A stretch of DNA of 32,000 nt from Methylorubrum extorquens (lineage in GTDB: Bacteria; Pseudomonadota; Alphaproteobacteria; Rhizobiales; Beijerinckiaceae), in contig LT962688.1 in the NCBI GenBank assembly GCA_900234795.1, positions 5,190,001 through 5,222,000 on the forward strand, given 5' to 3'. This document shows positions 17,611 through 27,250 of this stretch, one piece after another (position 1 is the first letter of the stretch; each line of letters opens with the position of its first letter). The notes below the pieces were generated by a model. That model saw nothing but the letters and a program-made list of their open reading frames with translations. It made no database searches and was not told the origin of the DNA. Position numbers and translations under genes: made by a program.

Positions 17611-19146
17611 TCAGGCGATGCGGCGCGGACGGTCCGCAGCGGCGGCTTGCGTGGCCGATGACGGGCCGGTGGGGCCATTGACCGGAGCGGGCGTCGGCGG
17701 GACCGAGGGGGTGCCTGCACCGGTCTGGAGGAAGCCGGGCGTGGACGGGGCCGGGCTGTCCGTGGTGACCGGAGCCGGCACGGGCGCGGCCGGGATCGCC
17801 ACTGGAGCAGCGGGCTCGGCCGAAGCCGGGGCCGGGGCGTCGTCGTCCTCGGGGCCGGCCAGGATCTCGGGCGGAGTCTTCCACACGAAGGCGTCGAGAC
17901 GGCCGGAGACCGGCGAGACCGGCGCCCAGCGCTCGGAGATGATGCCGTCGGCGACCCAGGCCGGGTCGCGCGGGGCGCGGGCGGCACGGGCGAGCCACTC
18001 GCGGGAGCGTCCGCTCTCGGCGCCGTGCTCGGCGGCCTCGATCCGCGCCATCATCCGGCAAACGCGCGCCGTCGGCCGGTCGTCGGTTAGCGGCGCCAGT
18101 GCCTCGCGGGCGCGGCCGAAATCCTTGGCCTCGGTCGCAGCCTGGGCGATCACCAGACGCGATTCCGGCTCCCAGGACGAGAGCTTGGCCAGATTTTCGG
18201 CGCGAGCCAGCCGGTCGCGGGCGGAGTCGCCCGTGCGCAGGTTGAGGTAGACCTTGGCGAGTTCCGGATGCGGGGTCGCCTTCCACGCGGCTTCGATGAT
18301 CTTGGCAGCCTTGCGCAGATCGTTGCGCCGGGCGAGCAGCCGGCCGGCAATGGCGGCCGCCGGCACGAGGTCGGGGGCGAGCTTGACGGCCTTGAGCGCC
18401 TGCTCGGTCGCGGTATCGGGCTCGCCGGCCTCGTGGCGCTGGGCGGCTGCTGTGAGCAGCACCGCGCGCTGGCGGCGGGCGGCGTGCTTGTCCATCAGCC
18501 CCAAAGCGGCGCGGCGCTCCACGGTCTCGGTCGCAGCGGACCACTCGCCGTCGGCGCATTGCGCTTCGAGAACCGCTTCGTTCGCCCAGGTGACGCTCGG
18601 CGCGAGACGGGCGGCCTCGGAAGCGTAGGCACGGGCGGCACCCTCGTCCTCACGGCGGCGGGCCTCGACGAACAGGCCGCGCAGACCCAGCACACGGGTC
18701 TCGGGATCGTCGGCCATGCGCTTGAACGCCTGTTCGGCCGCGTCCCGGTCTCCGGAAATCTGGGCCGCCTGGGCCTTGAGGAGGAGCGTCAGCGGCTGGC
18801 TGCCGAGCAGGCGCTCGGCGTCGCCCGCATGGCGGCGGGCCGCGAGCGGGTCACCGGAGCCGACGGCGATCATGCCGCGCGAGAGCGAGGCGAGGCCCTT
18901 GTTGCGGCGGCGCTCACGGGTCGAGCGGCTGATGCTGGCGGGCAGGCCGATCACGCCGGTGACGACCGCCCAGATCAGGCCGAGGACAATCGCCGCCACC
19001 AGCACGCCGGTGAGAGCGATGGCGAGGCTCATGCCGATCTCGTAGCCGTTCCAGACGACGGTCACGGTGCCCGGATGGTCGGCGATCCACACCGCGCCGT
19101 AGGCGGCGACGGCCAGGAGGGCCAGGAAGACGAGGGCGCGCCACAT
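17611..19146 (-). CDS. hemY: HemY-like heme-biosynthesis-associated TPR membrane protein
   Basis: HemY_N-type N-terminus with two TMs ([58 protein letters not shown]). TPR-like Ala-rich body. AAGGAGG lies upstream of the ATG. The gene sits downstream of hemD and the Mic60-like gene. Confidence 0.8.
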   Translation of the reverse strand: MWRALVFLALLAVAAYGAVWIADHPGTVTVVWNGYEIGMSLAIALTGVLVAAIVLGLIWAVVTGVIGLPASISRSTRERRRNKGLASLSRGMIAVGSGDPLAARRHAGDAERLLGSQPLTLLLKAQAAQISGDRDAAEQAFKRMADDPETRVLGLRGLFVEARRREDEGAARAYASEAARLAPSVTWANEAVLEAQCADGEWSAATETVERRAALGLMDKHAARRQRAVLLTAAAQRHEAGEPDTATEQALKAVKLAPDLVPAAAIAGRLLARRNDLRKAAKIIEAAWKATPHPELAKVYLNLRTGDSARDRLARAENLAKLSSWEPESRLVIAQAATEAKDFGRAREALAPLTDDRPTARVCRMMARIEAAEHGAESGRSREWLARAARAPRDPAWVADGIISERWAPVSPVSGRLDAFVWKTPPEILAGPEDDDAPAPASAEPAAPVAIPAAPVPAPVTTDSPAPSTPGFLQTGAGTPSVPPTPAPVNGPTGPSSATQAAAADRPRRIA

Positions 19147-19263
19147 GGGTCAGGGCCTCCTTGGGAGCACGGGGAGCGGGCGCACGCGGCCCGGGCAGAG
19201 TGGAAGGGGGGAACGCCGCGCGGGGCGCGGCTGGTTCGTCGTCATCGATGCCGGTCCTGGCCG

Positions 19264-21570
19264 TCAGCGTGCCGGCGGCAGGCCGGTGAAGGCGTCGGCC
19301 AGCAGCGCCTGGGCCGCGCGGCCCGCCTCGGCGCGCGCCGAGAGCCGCGTTCCGAAATCGCCGCCCTGCGCCCGCGCCTCCTCCGGAAGGGTGGCGTAGG
19401 CCTTGGCCGCCTCGGCGAGGTCCCCACGGTCGAGCGCCGCCTGAACTTGCGCGGTCGAAGCCGCGCTGCCGGCGGCGGCCTGGGTTCCGCCCGCGGTGGG
19501 TCCGTCAGCGCGCTTCACCTGCACCAGGGAGCTCGCCATGTTCATCAGACGGTCGCCCACGCTGCCGGTCTCGGCGACGGATTTGGCCTGGGCCGCGCGC
19601 TTGGCCTCGGCGATTTTCTCCGAGATCCGACGGAACTCCGCGGCGAGGCCTGAAGCGGTCGGCGCGCCCTTGTCGGCGAAGGGGCCGAGCGCGTCGAGGC
19701 GCTTGGAATCCGCCGGTTCGAGGTTGCGCAGGCTGGCGAGCGCATCCGGGTAGGGCTGGCCCGCCTCCAGCGCCGAGGCGATCCGGTCGGCCGCGACGAT
19801 GCGCAGGGCCGACTGCACGGTCGATTGCTTGGCGCTCTGATCGACTGCCTTGTCGAGGCCGGCGATCCGCTCCGACTGTTCCTGAAGCTTGCGCTCCAGG
19901 CCCTTCACGGCTTCGTCCGCGCGGCTCTGGGCGGCGTCGGCGGCCTGCTTGCTCGCCTGCGTCGCCTCCTGCACGGTCTGGGTCGCGGCGGCGATGCGCC
20001 CGTCCAGCGCCTTCTGCACCTCGTCCACGCGCTTGCCGAGGGCGGCCTCGGCCGCTTCGTCCGCCTTGGCACGGGACGCGACATCCGTCTGCAGCGCCGC
20101 GATCTTGTCGGAGAGATCGGACGCAGCACTCTTGCCGCCGTTCGCTTCGAGCGCCTTGAGCCGCTCGTCGAGGGCGGCGAGGGCGGCCGGATCCATCGAC
20201 TGCGCAGTCTTCACCTCGGCCGTGCCGTCGCGGCCGGGCTCCTCCTGCAGCGCCGAGACGCGCTGATCGAGGGCGTCGAGACGAGCGGCGATGTCCGCGG
20301 GGACGGCCGGCGCCGGGGCGGAACCGTCGGCCGAGGGGGCCGTGGCGGGGGCGACGCCCGCCTTCTGGAGCGCTTCGTTGGCGCGGTCGGCGGCGGCCTT
20401 GGCTGCGGTTTCCGCGCGGGCGACGGCGTCGGGCAGGGGCTTCAGTGCCTGCTCGTTGGCGGCGAGGCGCTTGTCGAGCCCGGCAACGGCATCCTTCGTG
20501 GCAAGGCCCGCCAGGGACTTGTCAAGATTTGCAAGGCGCGGATCGGCGCCCCGCTGGTAGGTGGTGACGCCGTAGAGGAGGCCGGCGCCGATCAGGCCGC
20601 CGATCAGGCCCGAGGCGGCCACGGAGCCGAAGCCCGCGCCACCGCGCGCCGGTGCCGCCTTCGCGGTGTCTTTGGGCGTTTCCCGGGCGGCGTCCTTGGC
20701 CGAAGCGGATGCGCCCGCGCTCTCCTTGCCGGCATCGGGTTTCGCGCCCGGCTTGGCGGCATCCGCCGCATCGGAGAGGCGCTTGGCCTTGAGATCGAGG
20801 ATCGGGCCGTCGGTCAGCGAGGCCGCCTCCGTCACCCGCGTGGCACCCGGCGCCGCTCCCGGCTTGGCTCCCGAGGTCGCATCCGGCTTGGCGCCGCTGG
20901 AGCCAGCGCTCCCGGAGGCCGGCGTTTCCGGCTTCACCGTGCTGCTGCCGGTCGTGCCGGCCTTGCCGGACGTGTCCGGCTTGGCATCGGTCGCCTTGGT
21001 CCCGGCCGGATTCGGCGGAATCGCGCTGCTGCCGGTGGCGCCCGGCTTCGACGGTGCATTGCTTCCCGGCGTGCCGGAGGCAGCGGCCGACGCGCCGGAC
21101 GGCTTTCCGGGCTCCGTGGGTTTGTTGGACATCGTTCCCGCGCTGGTCGAGGCGGCGGCCGACGGAGGGATCGCGCTGCTGCCAGTGGCGCCCGGCTTCA
21201 ACGGCGCGTCGGCTCGAACGTCCTGTGGGCGCCCGGAAGACCCAGGCGCATTGCTACCGGGCAGGGCACTGCTGCCGGTCGGACCCGCCTTTGCGGGCTC
21301 GGACTTGACCGGCTCCGACGCCGCTGGCCCCGACTTGGCCGGCTCGACCTTCGGGGTGGAGGCCGCTGCGGACGGCTCGCCAGGCTTGCCCATCGCCTTG
21401 TCGGCGGGCCGGGACGAATCCTTCGTCACGTCCCTGGCCGCTTCCCGGGCCTGCTCCGGCGACTTGCCTTGTTCCGAAGACTTGCCTTGCTCCGAAAACT
21501 TGCCTTGCTCCGGCGACTTGGCGCCATCCCTGGCGCCGTCCTTGGGTGAAGTCACGGGCGTTCGCTCCAT
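19264..21570 (-). CDS. Mic60/mitofilin-domain-like (HemX-position) membrane protein with a long low-complexity N-terminal extension
   Basis: Single TM FGSVAASGLIGGLIGAGLLYGV at about aa 312-336, then an Ala/Glu/Lys/Gln coiled-coil-like region. The C-terminal block ..DRLMNMASSLVQVKRADGP..AQVQAALDRGDLAEAAKAYATLPEEARAQGGDFGTRLSARAEAGRAAQALLADAF resembles the mitofilin C-terminal domain of alphaproteobacterial homologues. The gene lies between hemD and hemY. The true start codon is uncertain. Confidence 0.65.
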   Translation of the reverse strand: MERTPVTSPKDGARDGAKSPEQGKFSEQGKSSEQGKSPEQAREAARDVTKDSSRPADKAMGKPGEPSAAASTPKVEPAKSGPAASEPVKSEPAKAGPTGSSALPGSNAPGSSGRPQDVRADAPLKPGATGSSAIPPSAAASTSAGTMSNKPTEPGKPSGASAAASGTPGSNAPSKPGATGSSAIPPNPAGTKATDAKPDTSGKAGTTGSSTVKPETPASGSAGSSGAKPDATSGAKPGAAPGATRVTEAASLTDGPILDLKAKRLSDAADAAKPGAKPDAGKESAGASASAKDAARETPKDTAKAAPARGGAGFGSVAASGLIGGLIGAGLLYGVTTYQRGADPRLANLDKSLAGLATKDAVAGLDKRLAANEQALKPLPDAVARAETAAKAAADRANEALQKAGVAPATAPSADGSAPAPAVPADIAARLDALDQRVSALQEEPGRDGTAEVKTAQSMDPAALAALDERLKALEANGGKSAASDLSDKIAALQTDVASRAKADEAAEAALGKRVDEVQKALDGRIAAATQTVQEATQASKQAADAAQSRADEAVKGLERKLQEQSERIAGLDKAVDQSAKQSTVQSALRIVAADRIASALEAGQPYPDALASLRNLEPADSKRLDALGPFADKGAPTASGLAAEFRRISEKIAEAKRAAQAKSVAETGSVGDRLMNMASSLVQVKRADGPTAGGTQAAAGSAASTAQVQAALDRGDLAEAAKAYATLPEEARAQGGDFGTRLSARAEAGRAAQALLADAFTGLPPAR
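21453..21524. repeat. 18-bp in-frame tandem repeat x4 inside the Mic60-like gene
   Basis: Units: gctccggcgacttgcctt / gttccgaagacttgcctt / gctccgaaaacttgcctt / gctccggcgacttggcgc. On the coding strand they encode KSPEQGKFSEQGKSSEQGKSPEQ. Confidence 0.8.
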
Positions 21571-21710
21571 TCAGCCGCCGCACCGGCGCAGTGTGCTCCC
21601 ATAGAAGAGCGAACCGGCGCCGTCATCCATCGGAACCGCTTCCGGGTTCCATCTCCGACGCTCCGACACGCTCTCGCGTCCCCATCGGCCCGCGGGGGCG
21701 ACGAGGCCGT

Positions 21711-22421
21711 TCAGTCCGAAGCCGCGAGACCGGCAAGGAGAGCTTCCTCGCTCGGGCGCGCCGCTACAAAATGGGCCGCGACGCCGAGCTCGACCAGTCC
21801 CAAGGCCACGTCCGGAGACAGGCAGTAATGCGCCAGCGCCCGAAACGCTCCGCTCAGACCGGCTTTGCCGGACAAATGCACCGCGATTTCGGCGCTTCGT
21901 CGCGAAAAATGCAGGGCCGCGGCGAGCGGCGCGCCGTCCCGGCCCATCAGCCCCTGCACCACTGGCTCCGGCAGGGTCGCCTCGGCCAGAGCCGCGTAGG
22001 CGGTCCAGGTCGCGACGCGGTAGCCCGCAGCCGTGAGGCTCGCGGCGGGCTCGGCCTTGCGGTCCTCGCCGGCCGCGTGGAGGAGGGTGCCGCCCGGCCG
22101 CACATGCGCTGCGACGAGCCGGGCCAGGCTGACGGCGTCCCCGTCGGCGCAGTGCACGGAGCGCAGGCCCGCCCGTTCCGCCCGCTCGGCGGTGCGGGCG
22201 CCGACGGCGAAGACCGGTGCCTCGGGAAGGCCGGCGGCGGCGAGCGGCGCGGCGGCGTTGGCGCTCGTCAGGATCAGCCCGTCGAACCGGCCGGTAGGCG
22301 GCGGCCCGTCGCCCGGTGCGATCTGCAGCACGGGCGCCACCAGCGCCGCATGGCCGAGCTCGGCCAGCCGCCGTGCCGTGCGGCTCGCACCCGGCTCGGG
22401 CCGCGACACCCAGATCCGCAT
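21711..22421 (-). CDS. hemD: uroporphyrinogen-III synthase
   Basis: MRIWVSRPEPGASRTARRLAELGHAALVAPVLQIAP..FDGLILTSANAA..PVFAVGARTAERA.. is typical of alphaproteobacterial HemD (about 236 aa). AAGGGAGAGG lies upstream of the ATG at 22421. The track ORF 21711..23402 is an upstream read-through. Confidence 0.75.
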   Translation of the reverse strand: MRIWVSRPEPGASRTARRLAELGHAALVAPVLQIAPGDGPPPTGRFDGLILTSANAAAPLAAAGLPEAPVFAVGARTAERAERAGLRSVHCADGDAVSLARLVAAHVRPGGTLLHAAGEDRKAEPAASLTAAGYRVATWTAYAALAEATLPEPVVQGLMGRDGAPLAAALHFSRRSAEIAVHLSGKAGLSGAFRALAHYCLSPDVALGLVELGVAAHFVAARPSEEALLAGLAASD

Positions 22422-22598
22422 GCGCCCCTCTCCCTTAGGCCATCCACAGCGTCCGTCGCCGCTGAGCCTCACCTGTATCCGTCGGCGGTTTCGTCGTAGA
22501 CGTGTCGTTGCGACCGGTCTGACCGAGCTTTCGCGAGACATGGAGTAGGCGGGCCGGCCCCCGGCACGCAACGGTGCGTGGACGTCAGCGTGACACTC

Positions 22599-23642
22599 AT
22601 GAAGATCCTCGGCATCGAGACCACCTGCGACGAGACCGCCGCCGCCGTCGTGACACTCGGTGAGGACGAGCGCGGACAGATCCTCGCCAACGAGGTGCTG
22701 AGCCAGATCGCCGAGCATGCGGCCTATGGCGGTGTCGTGCCCGAGATCGCCGCCCGCGCCCATGTCGAGGTGCTCGACCGGCTGATCGCCCGGGCTCTCC
22801 AGCGGGCGGGGACGACGCTGAAGGAGATCGACGGGATCGCGGTTGCCGCCGGGCCCGGCCTGATCGGCGGTGTGCTGATCGGCCTCGTCACGGCCAAGAC
22901 TCTCGCCCTCGTCGCGCGCAAGCCGCTCCTTGCAGTCAACCATCTCGAGGCGCACGCGCTGACGCCGCGGCTCACCGACGGGCTCGCCTTCCCCTATCTT
23001 CTGCTGCTCGCCTCCGGCGGTCACACCCAGCTCGTCGCGGTGAAGGGGGTGGGCGATTACGTCCGGCTCGGCACCACCATCGACGACGCCATCGGCGAAG
23101 CCTTCGACAAGGTCGCCAAGCTTCTCGGGCTCGGCTATCCCGGCGGTCCCGAGGTGGAGCGGCAGGCGGAGGGCGGCAATCCCGAGCGGTTCGCGCTGCC
23201 GCGGCCGATGATTGGGCGGCGGCAGGCAGATTTCTCGCTGTCGGGCCTGAAGACGGCCCTGCGCATCGAGGCCGAGCGGCTCGAACCCCTCGCCTCGCAG
23301 GACGTGGCCGATCTCTGCGCGAGTTTCCAGGCGGCGGTGGTGGATGTGGTGGTGGACCGCGTGCGCGTCGCCCTGCGCGCCTTCGCGGGCGTCGCCGGGC
23401 ATCCGACGGCCTTGGTCGCAGCCGGCGGCGTGGCCGCCAACGGAGCGATCCGCCGGGCGCTCGCCGCGCAGGCCGGGGAGGTGGGCCTGAGCTTCGTCGC
23501 GCCGCCGCTCCCGCTCTGCGGCGATAACGGCGCGATGATCGCCTGGGCGGGGCTGGAGCGCCTGCGCCTCGGCCTCGTCGATGATCTCACCGTGCCGGCC
23601 CGCGCCCGCTGGCCCTTCGCCGAGGTCGCGCCGGCCGCGTAA
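22599..23642 (+). CDS. tsaD: tRNA N6-adenosine threonylcarbamoyltransferase
   Basis: [53 protein letters not shown]....[25 protein letters not shown].. is the Kae1/TsaD signature. Start taken at the ATG at 22599. Confidence 0.92.
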   Translation: MKILGIETTCDETAAAVVTLGEDERGQILANEVLSQIAEHAAYGGVVPEIAARAHVEVLDRLIARALQRAGTTLKEIDGIAVAAGPGLIGGVLIGLVTAKTLALVARKPLLAVNHLEAHALTPRLTDGLAFPYLLLLASGGHTQLVAVKGVGDYVRLGTTIDDAIGEAFDKVAKLLGLGYPGGPEVERQAEGGNPERFALPRPMIGRRQADFSLSGLKTALRIEAERLEPLASQDVADLCASFQAAVVDVVVDRVRVALRAFAGVAGHPTALVAAGGVAANGAIRRALAAQAGEVGLSFVAPPLPLCGDNGAMIAWAGLERLRLGLVDDLTVPARARWPFAEVAPAA

Positions 23643-23658
23643 GGCCGGTGGCCCGAGA

Positions 23659-25134
23659 TCAGGCGAGCGCGCGGGCGGAGGCGGTCACTTTCTGCACGGA
23701 GAGATCGACCTCGTTCGCCGCCTGCGCGATCCCGTTGGCGTTGCCGCGCACGGCGTCGACGCTGCGCGCGGCGGTCTGCATGTTGCTCGCGATCTCCTGC
23801 GTGACCGCGGCCTGCTCGGTGACGGCGGAGGAGACGCTCATCGAGATCTCGCTGAGATCCGTGATGGTCGAGACGATGGCGCGGATCGCCTCGACGGCCC
23901 GGGCCGAGGAATCCTGTACGGCGGCGATCTGCTGACCGATATCCTCGGTGGCGCGCGACGACTGACTCGCCAGCGCCTTCACCTCGGTGGCAACCACGGC
24001 GAAGCCGCGGCCGGCCGCGCCGGCGCGGGCCGCCTCGATGGTGGCGTTGAGCGCGAGCAGGTTGGTCTGGTCGGCGATCGAGCGGATCACGGAGACCACC
24101 TCGCCGATCCGCTCGGCGGTGGCGGTCAGTCCGCTCACGATTCCGCCCGCCTCCTCGGCGCGGCTCACGGCCGCGTCGGCGGCGGTCTTGGCCTGCGAGG
24201 CGTGGCGGCTCAGTTCCAGGATCGAGGCGGCGAATTCCTCGGCGCCCGCGGCAACCGACTGGACGTTGTCGGAGGTGACGGCCACCGCGGCCGCCGTCTC
24301 GCTCGCCCGACGGCTGACATGCGACATCGCGCCGGTGATGGTGCCGAGATCGGACTCGATGGCGCGCTGCCCGTTCGCGCGCCGAAGGCGGTCGGCCACG
24401 GCCTGCGTGACGTCGCTGGCGAACTTCACGATGGCGCAGGGACGCCCTTCGCTGTCGAGAACCGGATTGTAGGAGCCGTAGATCCAGATCTCCCGTCCGC
24501 CCTTGGCGAGCCGCCGGAACTCGCCGGCCTGATAGGTGCCGTTCGCGAGCGACCGCCAGAACTCGGCATAGGCGGCGCTCTTCACCTCCTCGGGATCGAC
24601 GAACAGGCTGTGATGCCGGCCGCGGATTTCCTCCAGCCGGTAGCCCACCGCATCGAGGAAGTTTGCGTTGGCATCGGTGATCGTGCCGTCGAGGCCGAAA
24701 TGGATCACCGCCTGAGACCGGTTGATCGCGGCGATCTGGCCCTCATAGCTCGCGTTGCGCTGGGTCTCGGCCGTGATGTCGGTGGCGAATTTCACCACCT
24801 TGTAAGGCTGCCCGCGCCGGTCGAGAATCGGGTTGTAGGAGGCCTGGATCCAGATTGAGCGGCCGTCCTTGGCGATGCGCCGGAACTCGCGGGCCTGGAA
24901 CTCACCACGGCGCAGAGCCTCCCAGAATGCCTTGTATTCCGGGCTCTCGCGCTGTTCGGGCGGCATCAGCATCGCGTGTGAACGACCACGCAGCTCATCA
25001 AGGGTGTAGCCGACGAGGTCGAGGAAGTTGGCGTTCGCGTTCGTGATGGTGCCGTCCATTGCGAACTCGATACGGCCTTGAGCACGATCGACGGCCGCAA
25101 GGATGGAATCTTGTTCGGAATGGAAGATCGCCAC
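23659..25134 (-). CDS. cytoplasmic methyl-accepting chemotaxis protein with two tandem PAS domains
   Basis: Two PAS repeats (..[27 protein letters not shown].. and ..[27 protein letters not shown]..). The MCP signalling hairpin follows: [37 protein letters not shown]. There is no hydrophobic segment. GTG start with GGAG about 9 nt upstream. Confidence 0.9.
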   Translation of the reverse strand: MAIFHSEQDSILAAVDRAQGRIEFAMDGTITNANANFLDLVGYTLDELRGRSHAMLMPPEQRESPEYKAFWEALRRGEFQAREFRRIAKDGRSIWIQASYNPILDRRGQPYKVVKFATDITAETQRNASYEGQIAAINRSQAVIHFGLDGTITDANANFLDAVGYRLEEIRGRHHSLFVDPEEVKSAAYAEFWRSLANGTYQAGEFRRLAKGGREIWIYGSYNPVLDSEGRPCAIVKFASDVTQAVADRLRRANGQRAIESDLGTITGAMSHVSRRASETAAAVAVTSDNVQSVAAGAEEFAASILELSRHASQAKTAADAAVSRAEEAGGIVSGLTATAERIGEVVSVIRSIADQTNLLALNATIEAARAGAAGRGFAVVATEVKALASQSSRATEDIGQQIAAVQDSSARAVEAIRAIVSTITDLSEISMSVSSAVTEQAAVTQEIASNMQTAARSVDAVRGNANGIAQAANEVDLSVQKVTASARALA

Positions 25135-25691
25135 GGCTGAGGGCTCCAGGCATCATGAATTTCGATGAAAATTGGTTTCCTGCAATATATTTAATCAACC
25201 GTTAATCTCATACCAAATGACTAGTATGGATCGTATTGGCGCGCCGAAAGAACGACATTTCATCAGGATTAAAAAGTAATGCAGCTATCGAGACTTATTT
25301 TCCGAAATTTCAAACAAACCGAAAACAAGAAAAATTGAAAGGCAAGCCTGAGAGGGTATGAGGCAGGAATGCGAAAGTTGAATTCACGCAACCGTCGAGA
25401 AGATGTTTCCGGTTTTGCCCGAATTTGTGGCACGAAGCGGTTTTTTGTGTCGGTCCTCGCCGGAAATGCTTCGGCAGATCGACATCACCTTGGTCCGGTG
25501 TCGCAAAATATTGCAAACAGGACAGGTGAGCACGCGCCGTTGACCGGGTTCGGGCCTCTTCGTCACAGGATTGCGGATCGGTACTCGCTCTTCCGCCGGT
25601 AGGTCGTTATCGCGAACCTGACGATGTGGCTCCGGGTCCGCACCTTGGCCGTAATGAGCCGGGCTGCACGAGGTTCCCGATGGAGGCGGAC
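25135..25691. promoter_or_regulatory. unusually AT-rich divergent intergenic region (MCP and gpsA promoters presumably inside)
   Basis: About 560 bp without a convincing ORF. 25150-25420 is strikingly A+T-rich for this genome (e.g. ttgcaatatatttaatcaaccgttaatctcataccaaatgactagtatgg, aaaaagtaatgc, aaattgaaagg). No specific promoter boxes could be assigned. Confidence 0.4.
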
Positions 25692-26705
25692 ATGAAGTCA
25701 GGTACGCAGCGGCGGGACGAGGTCGTGGCCGTCGTCGGCGGCGGATCCTGGGGCACGGCTTTGGCCAACGCCGCCGCCGCGGCGGGGCGCCCGGTCACGC
25801 TCTGGATGCGCGATCCCGAGGCGGCCGCGCGGATGGAGCAGGCGCGCACCAACGAGCGCTATCTCCCCGGTGTTGCTCTGCATCCCGGCGTGCGCGCCAC
25901 GGCCGAGGCCGCCGCGCTGGCGTCGGCGGGCACGGTGCTGCTCGTCGTGCCGGCCCAGACCCTGCGCTCCGTGCTGGCGGCGCTGGCGCCCTCGCTGGCG
26001 CCCGGAGCCGCGGTGGTGCTCTGCGCCAAGGGGATCGAGCGGGGCAGCGACGCCTTCATGAGCGCGGTGGCGGCGGAAGTGCTGCCGGCCGGCACCCCGG
26101 TGGCGGTGCTGTCGGGTCCGAGCTTCGCCTCCGACGTCGCCCGCGGCCTGCCCACGGCCGTGACGCTCGCCGCGGCGGACGGGGCGCTGGCGGCGCAGCT
26201 CGCCGGGCTGCTCTCGGGGCCGGCCTTCCGGCTCTATCACACCGACGACGTGCGCGGCGTCGAGGTCGGCGGTGCCGGCAAGAACGTGCTCGCGATCGCC
26301 GCCGGCATCGTCGCGGGCCGCGGCCTCGGCGAGAGCGCCCGCGCCGCGCTGATCGCCCGCGCCTTCGCCGAGCTGATGCGCTTTGCCCGCGCCTGTGGCG
26401 GCCGGGCGGAGACGCTCATGGGGCTGTCGGGCTTAGGCGACCTCGTGCTCACCGCCTCCTCGCCGCAATCGCGCAACTTCGCGTTCGGCGAGCGTTTGGG
26501 GAAGGGCGCCTCGCCCGAGGAGGCCGCGGGCGGCAAGCTCGTGGAAGGTGCCTTCACCGCGCAGGCGCTGGTCGATCTCGCCAGGGCGCGGGAGGTCGAG
26601 ATGCCGGTGGCCGAGGCCGTCGCCGCGGTGGTGGCCGGAGCGCTGACGGTCGATGCGGCAATGACCGGCCTGCTGTCGCGGCCGCTCAAGGCGGAGACGG
26701 CGTGA
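25692..26705 (+). CDS. gpsA: NAD(P)H-dependent glycerol-3-phosphate dehydrogenase
   Basis: [14 protein letters not shown] (Rossmann GxGxxG) ..[78 protein letters not shown] lies 5 nt upstream of the ATG at 25692. Confidence 0.9.
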   Translation: MKSGTQRRDEVVAVVGGGSWGTALANAAAAAGRPVTLWMRDPEAAARMEQARTNERYLPGVALHPGVRATAEAAALASAGTVLLVVPAQTLRSVLAALAPSLAPGAAVVLCAKGIERGSDAFMSAVAAEVLPAGTPVAVLSGPSFASDVARGLPTAVTLAAADGALAAQLAGLLSGPAFRLYHTDDVRGVEVGGAGKNVLAIAAGIVAGRGLGESARAALIARAFAELMRFARACGGRAETLMGLSGLGDLVLTASSPQSRNFAFGERLGKGASPEEAAGGKLVEGAFTAQALVDLARAREVEMPVAEAVAAVVAGALTVDAAMTGLLSRPLKAETA

Positions 26706-26806
26706 ACACCCGTCGATGGGTTGAAAGCGGAGCGGTCCGCGCCCTTCAAGCGCGGCCGGATTTTCGATAAGCGAGGGCGCCTTTCCCGACGGAGCCGTCC
26801 CGCGCC

Positions 26807-27229
26807 ATGGCCTACTGGCTGTTCAAGTCCGAGCCCTCGACCTGGTCGTGGGACCAGCAGGTCGAAGCCGGGGAGGGCGGCACCTTCTGGAACGGGGTGC
26901 GCAACCACCTTGCCAAGAAGCAGATGCAGGCGATGCAGGTCGGCGAGCGCGGCTTCTTCTACCATTCCAACGAGGGCAAGGCCGTCGTCGGCATCGTCGA
27001 AGTCATCAAGCCCTACTATCCCGACCACACCGACGAGAGCGGCCGTTTCGGCATGGTCGATGTGCGGGCGGTGGCGCCGATGCCGCGCCCGGTCACCCTC
27101 GACGCGATCAAGGCGGCGACGGCGCTCAAGGACATGGCCCTCGTCACCAATTCCCGCCTCTCGGTGCAGCCGGTGACCGAGGCGGAATGGGCCACGGTCT
27201 GCGCCATGGGCGGTTACGGCGAGCGCTGA
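26807..27229 (+). CDS. EVE (PUA-like) domain protein
   Basis: MAYWLFKSEPSTWSWDQQ..WNGVRNHLAKKQMQAMQVGERGFFYHSN..AVVGIVEV is the characteristic EVE/thymocyte-nuclear-protein-like N-terminus. About 140 aa. Confidence 0.85.
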   Translation: MAYWLFKSEPSTWSWDQQVEAGEGGTFWNGVRNHLAKKQMQAMQVGERGFFYHSNEGKAVVGIVEVIKPYYPDHTDESGRFGMVDVRAVAPMPRPVTLDAIKAATALKDMALVTNSRLSVQPVTEAEWATVCAMGGYGER

Positions 27230-27250
27230 GCGGCGGCCGACCGCTCAGCG
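27224..27250. terminator. 10-bp perfect hairpin between convergent genes (candidate bidirectional terminator)
   Basis: cgctgagcgg (27224-27233), a 7-nt loop, then ccgctcagcg (27241-27250). The EVE stop TGA (27227-27229) lies in one arm. The proposed acyltransferase stop (complement of 27245-27247) lies in the other. There is no U-tract. Confidence 0.45.

Noticed and set aside
18268-21604. Long plus-strand ORFs antisense to hemY and the Mic60-like gene (461, 574 and 312 aa)
   Set aside because: They are mirror-frame ORFs of low-complexity G+C-rich coding sequence, with Gly/Arg/Leu-rich translations and no motifs.
21711-23402. 563-aa minus-strand ORF
   Set aside because: Only the C-terminal 236 codons (hemD, with a strong SD at 22421) are credible. 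The upstream part is antisense to tsaD.
23581-24858. 425-aa plus-strand ORF antisense to the MCP
   Set aside because: Gly/Arg/Asp-rich mirror frame of the MCP signalling domain.
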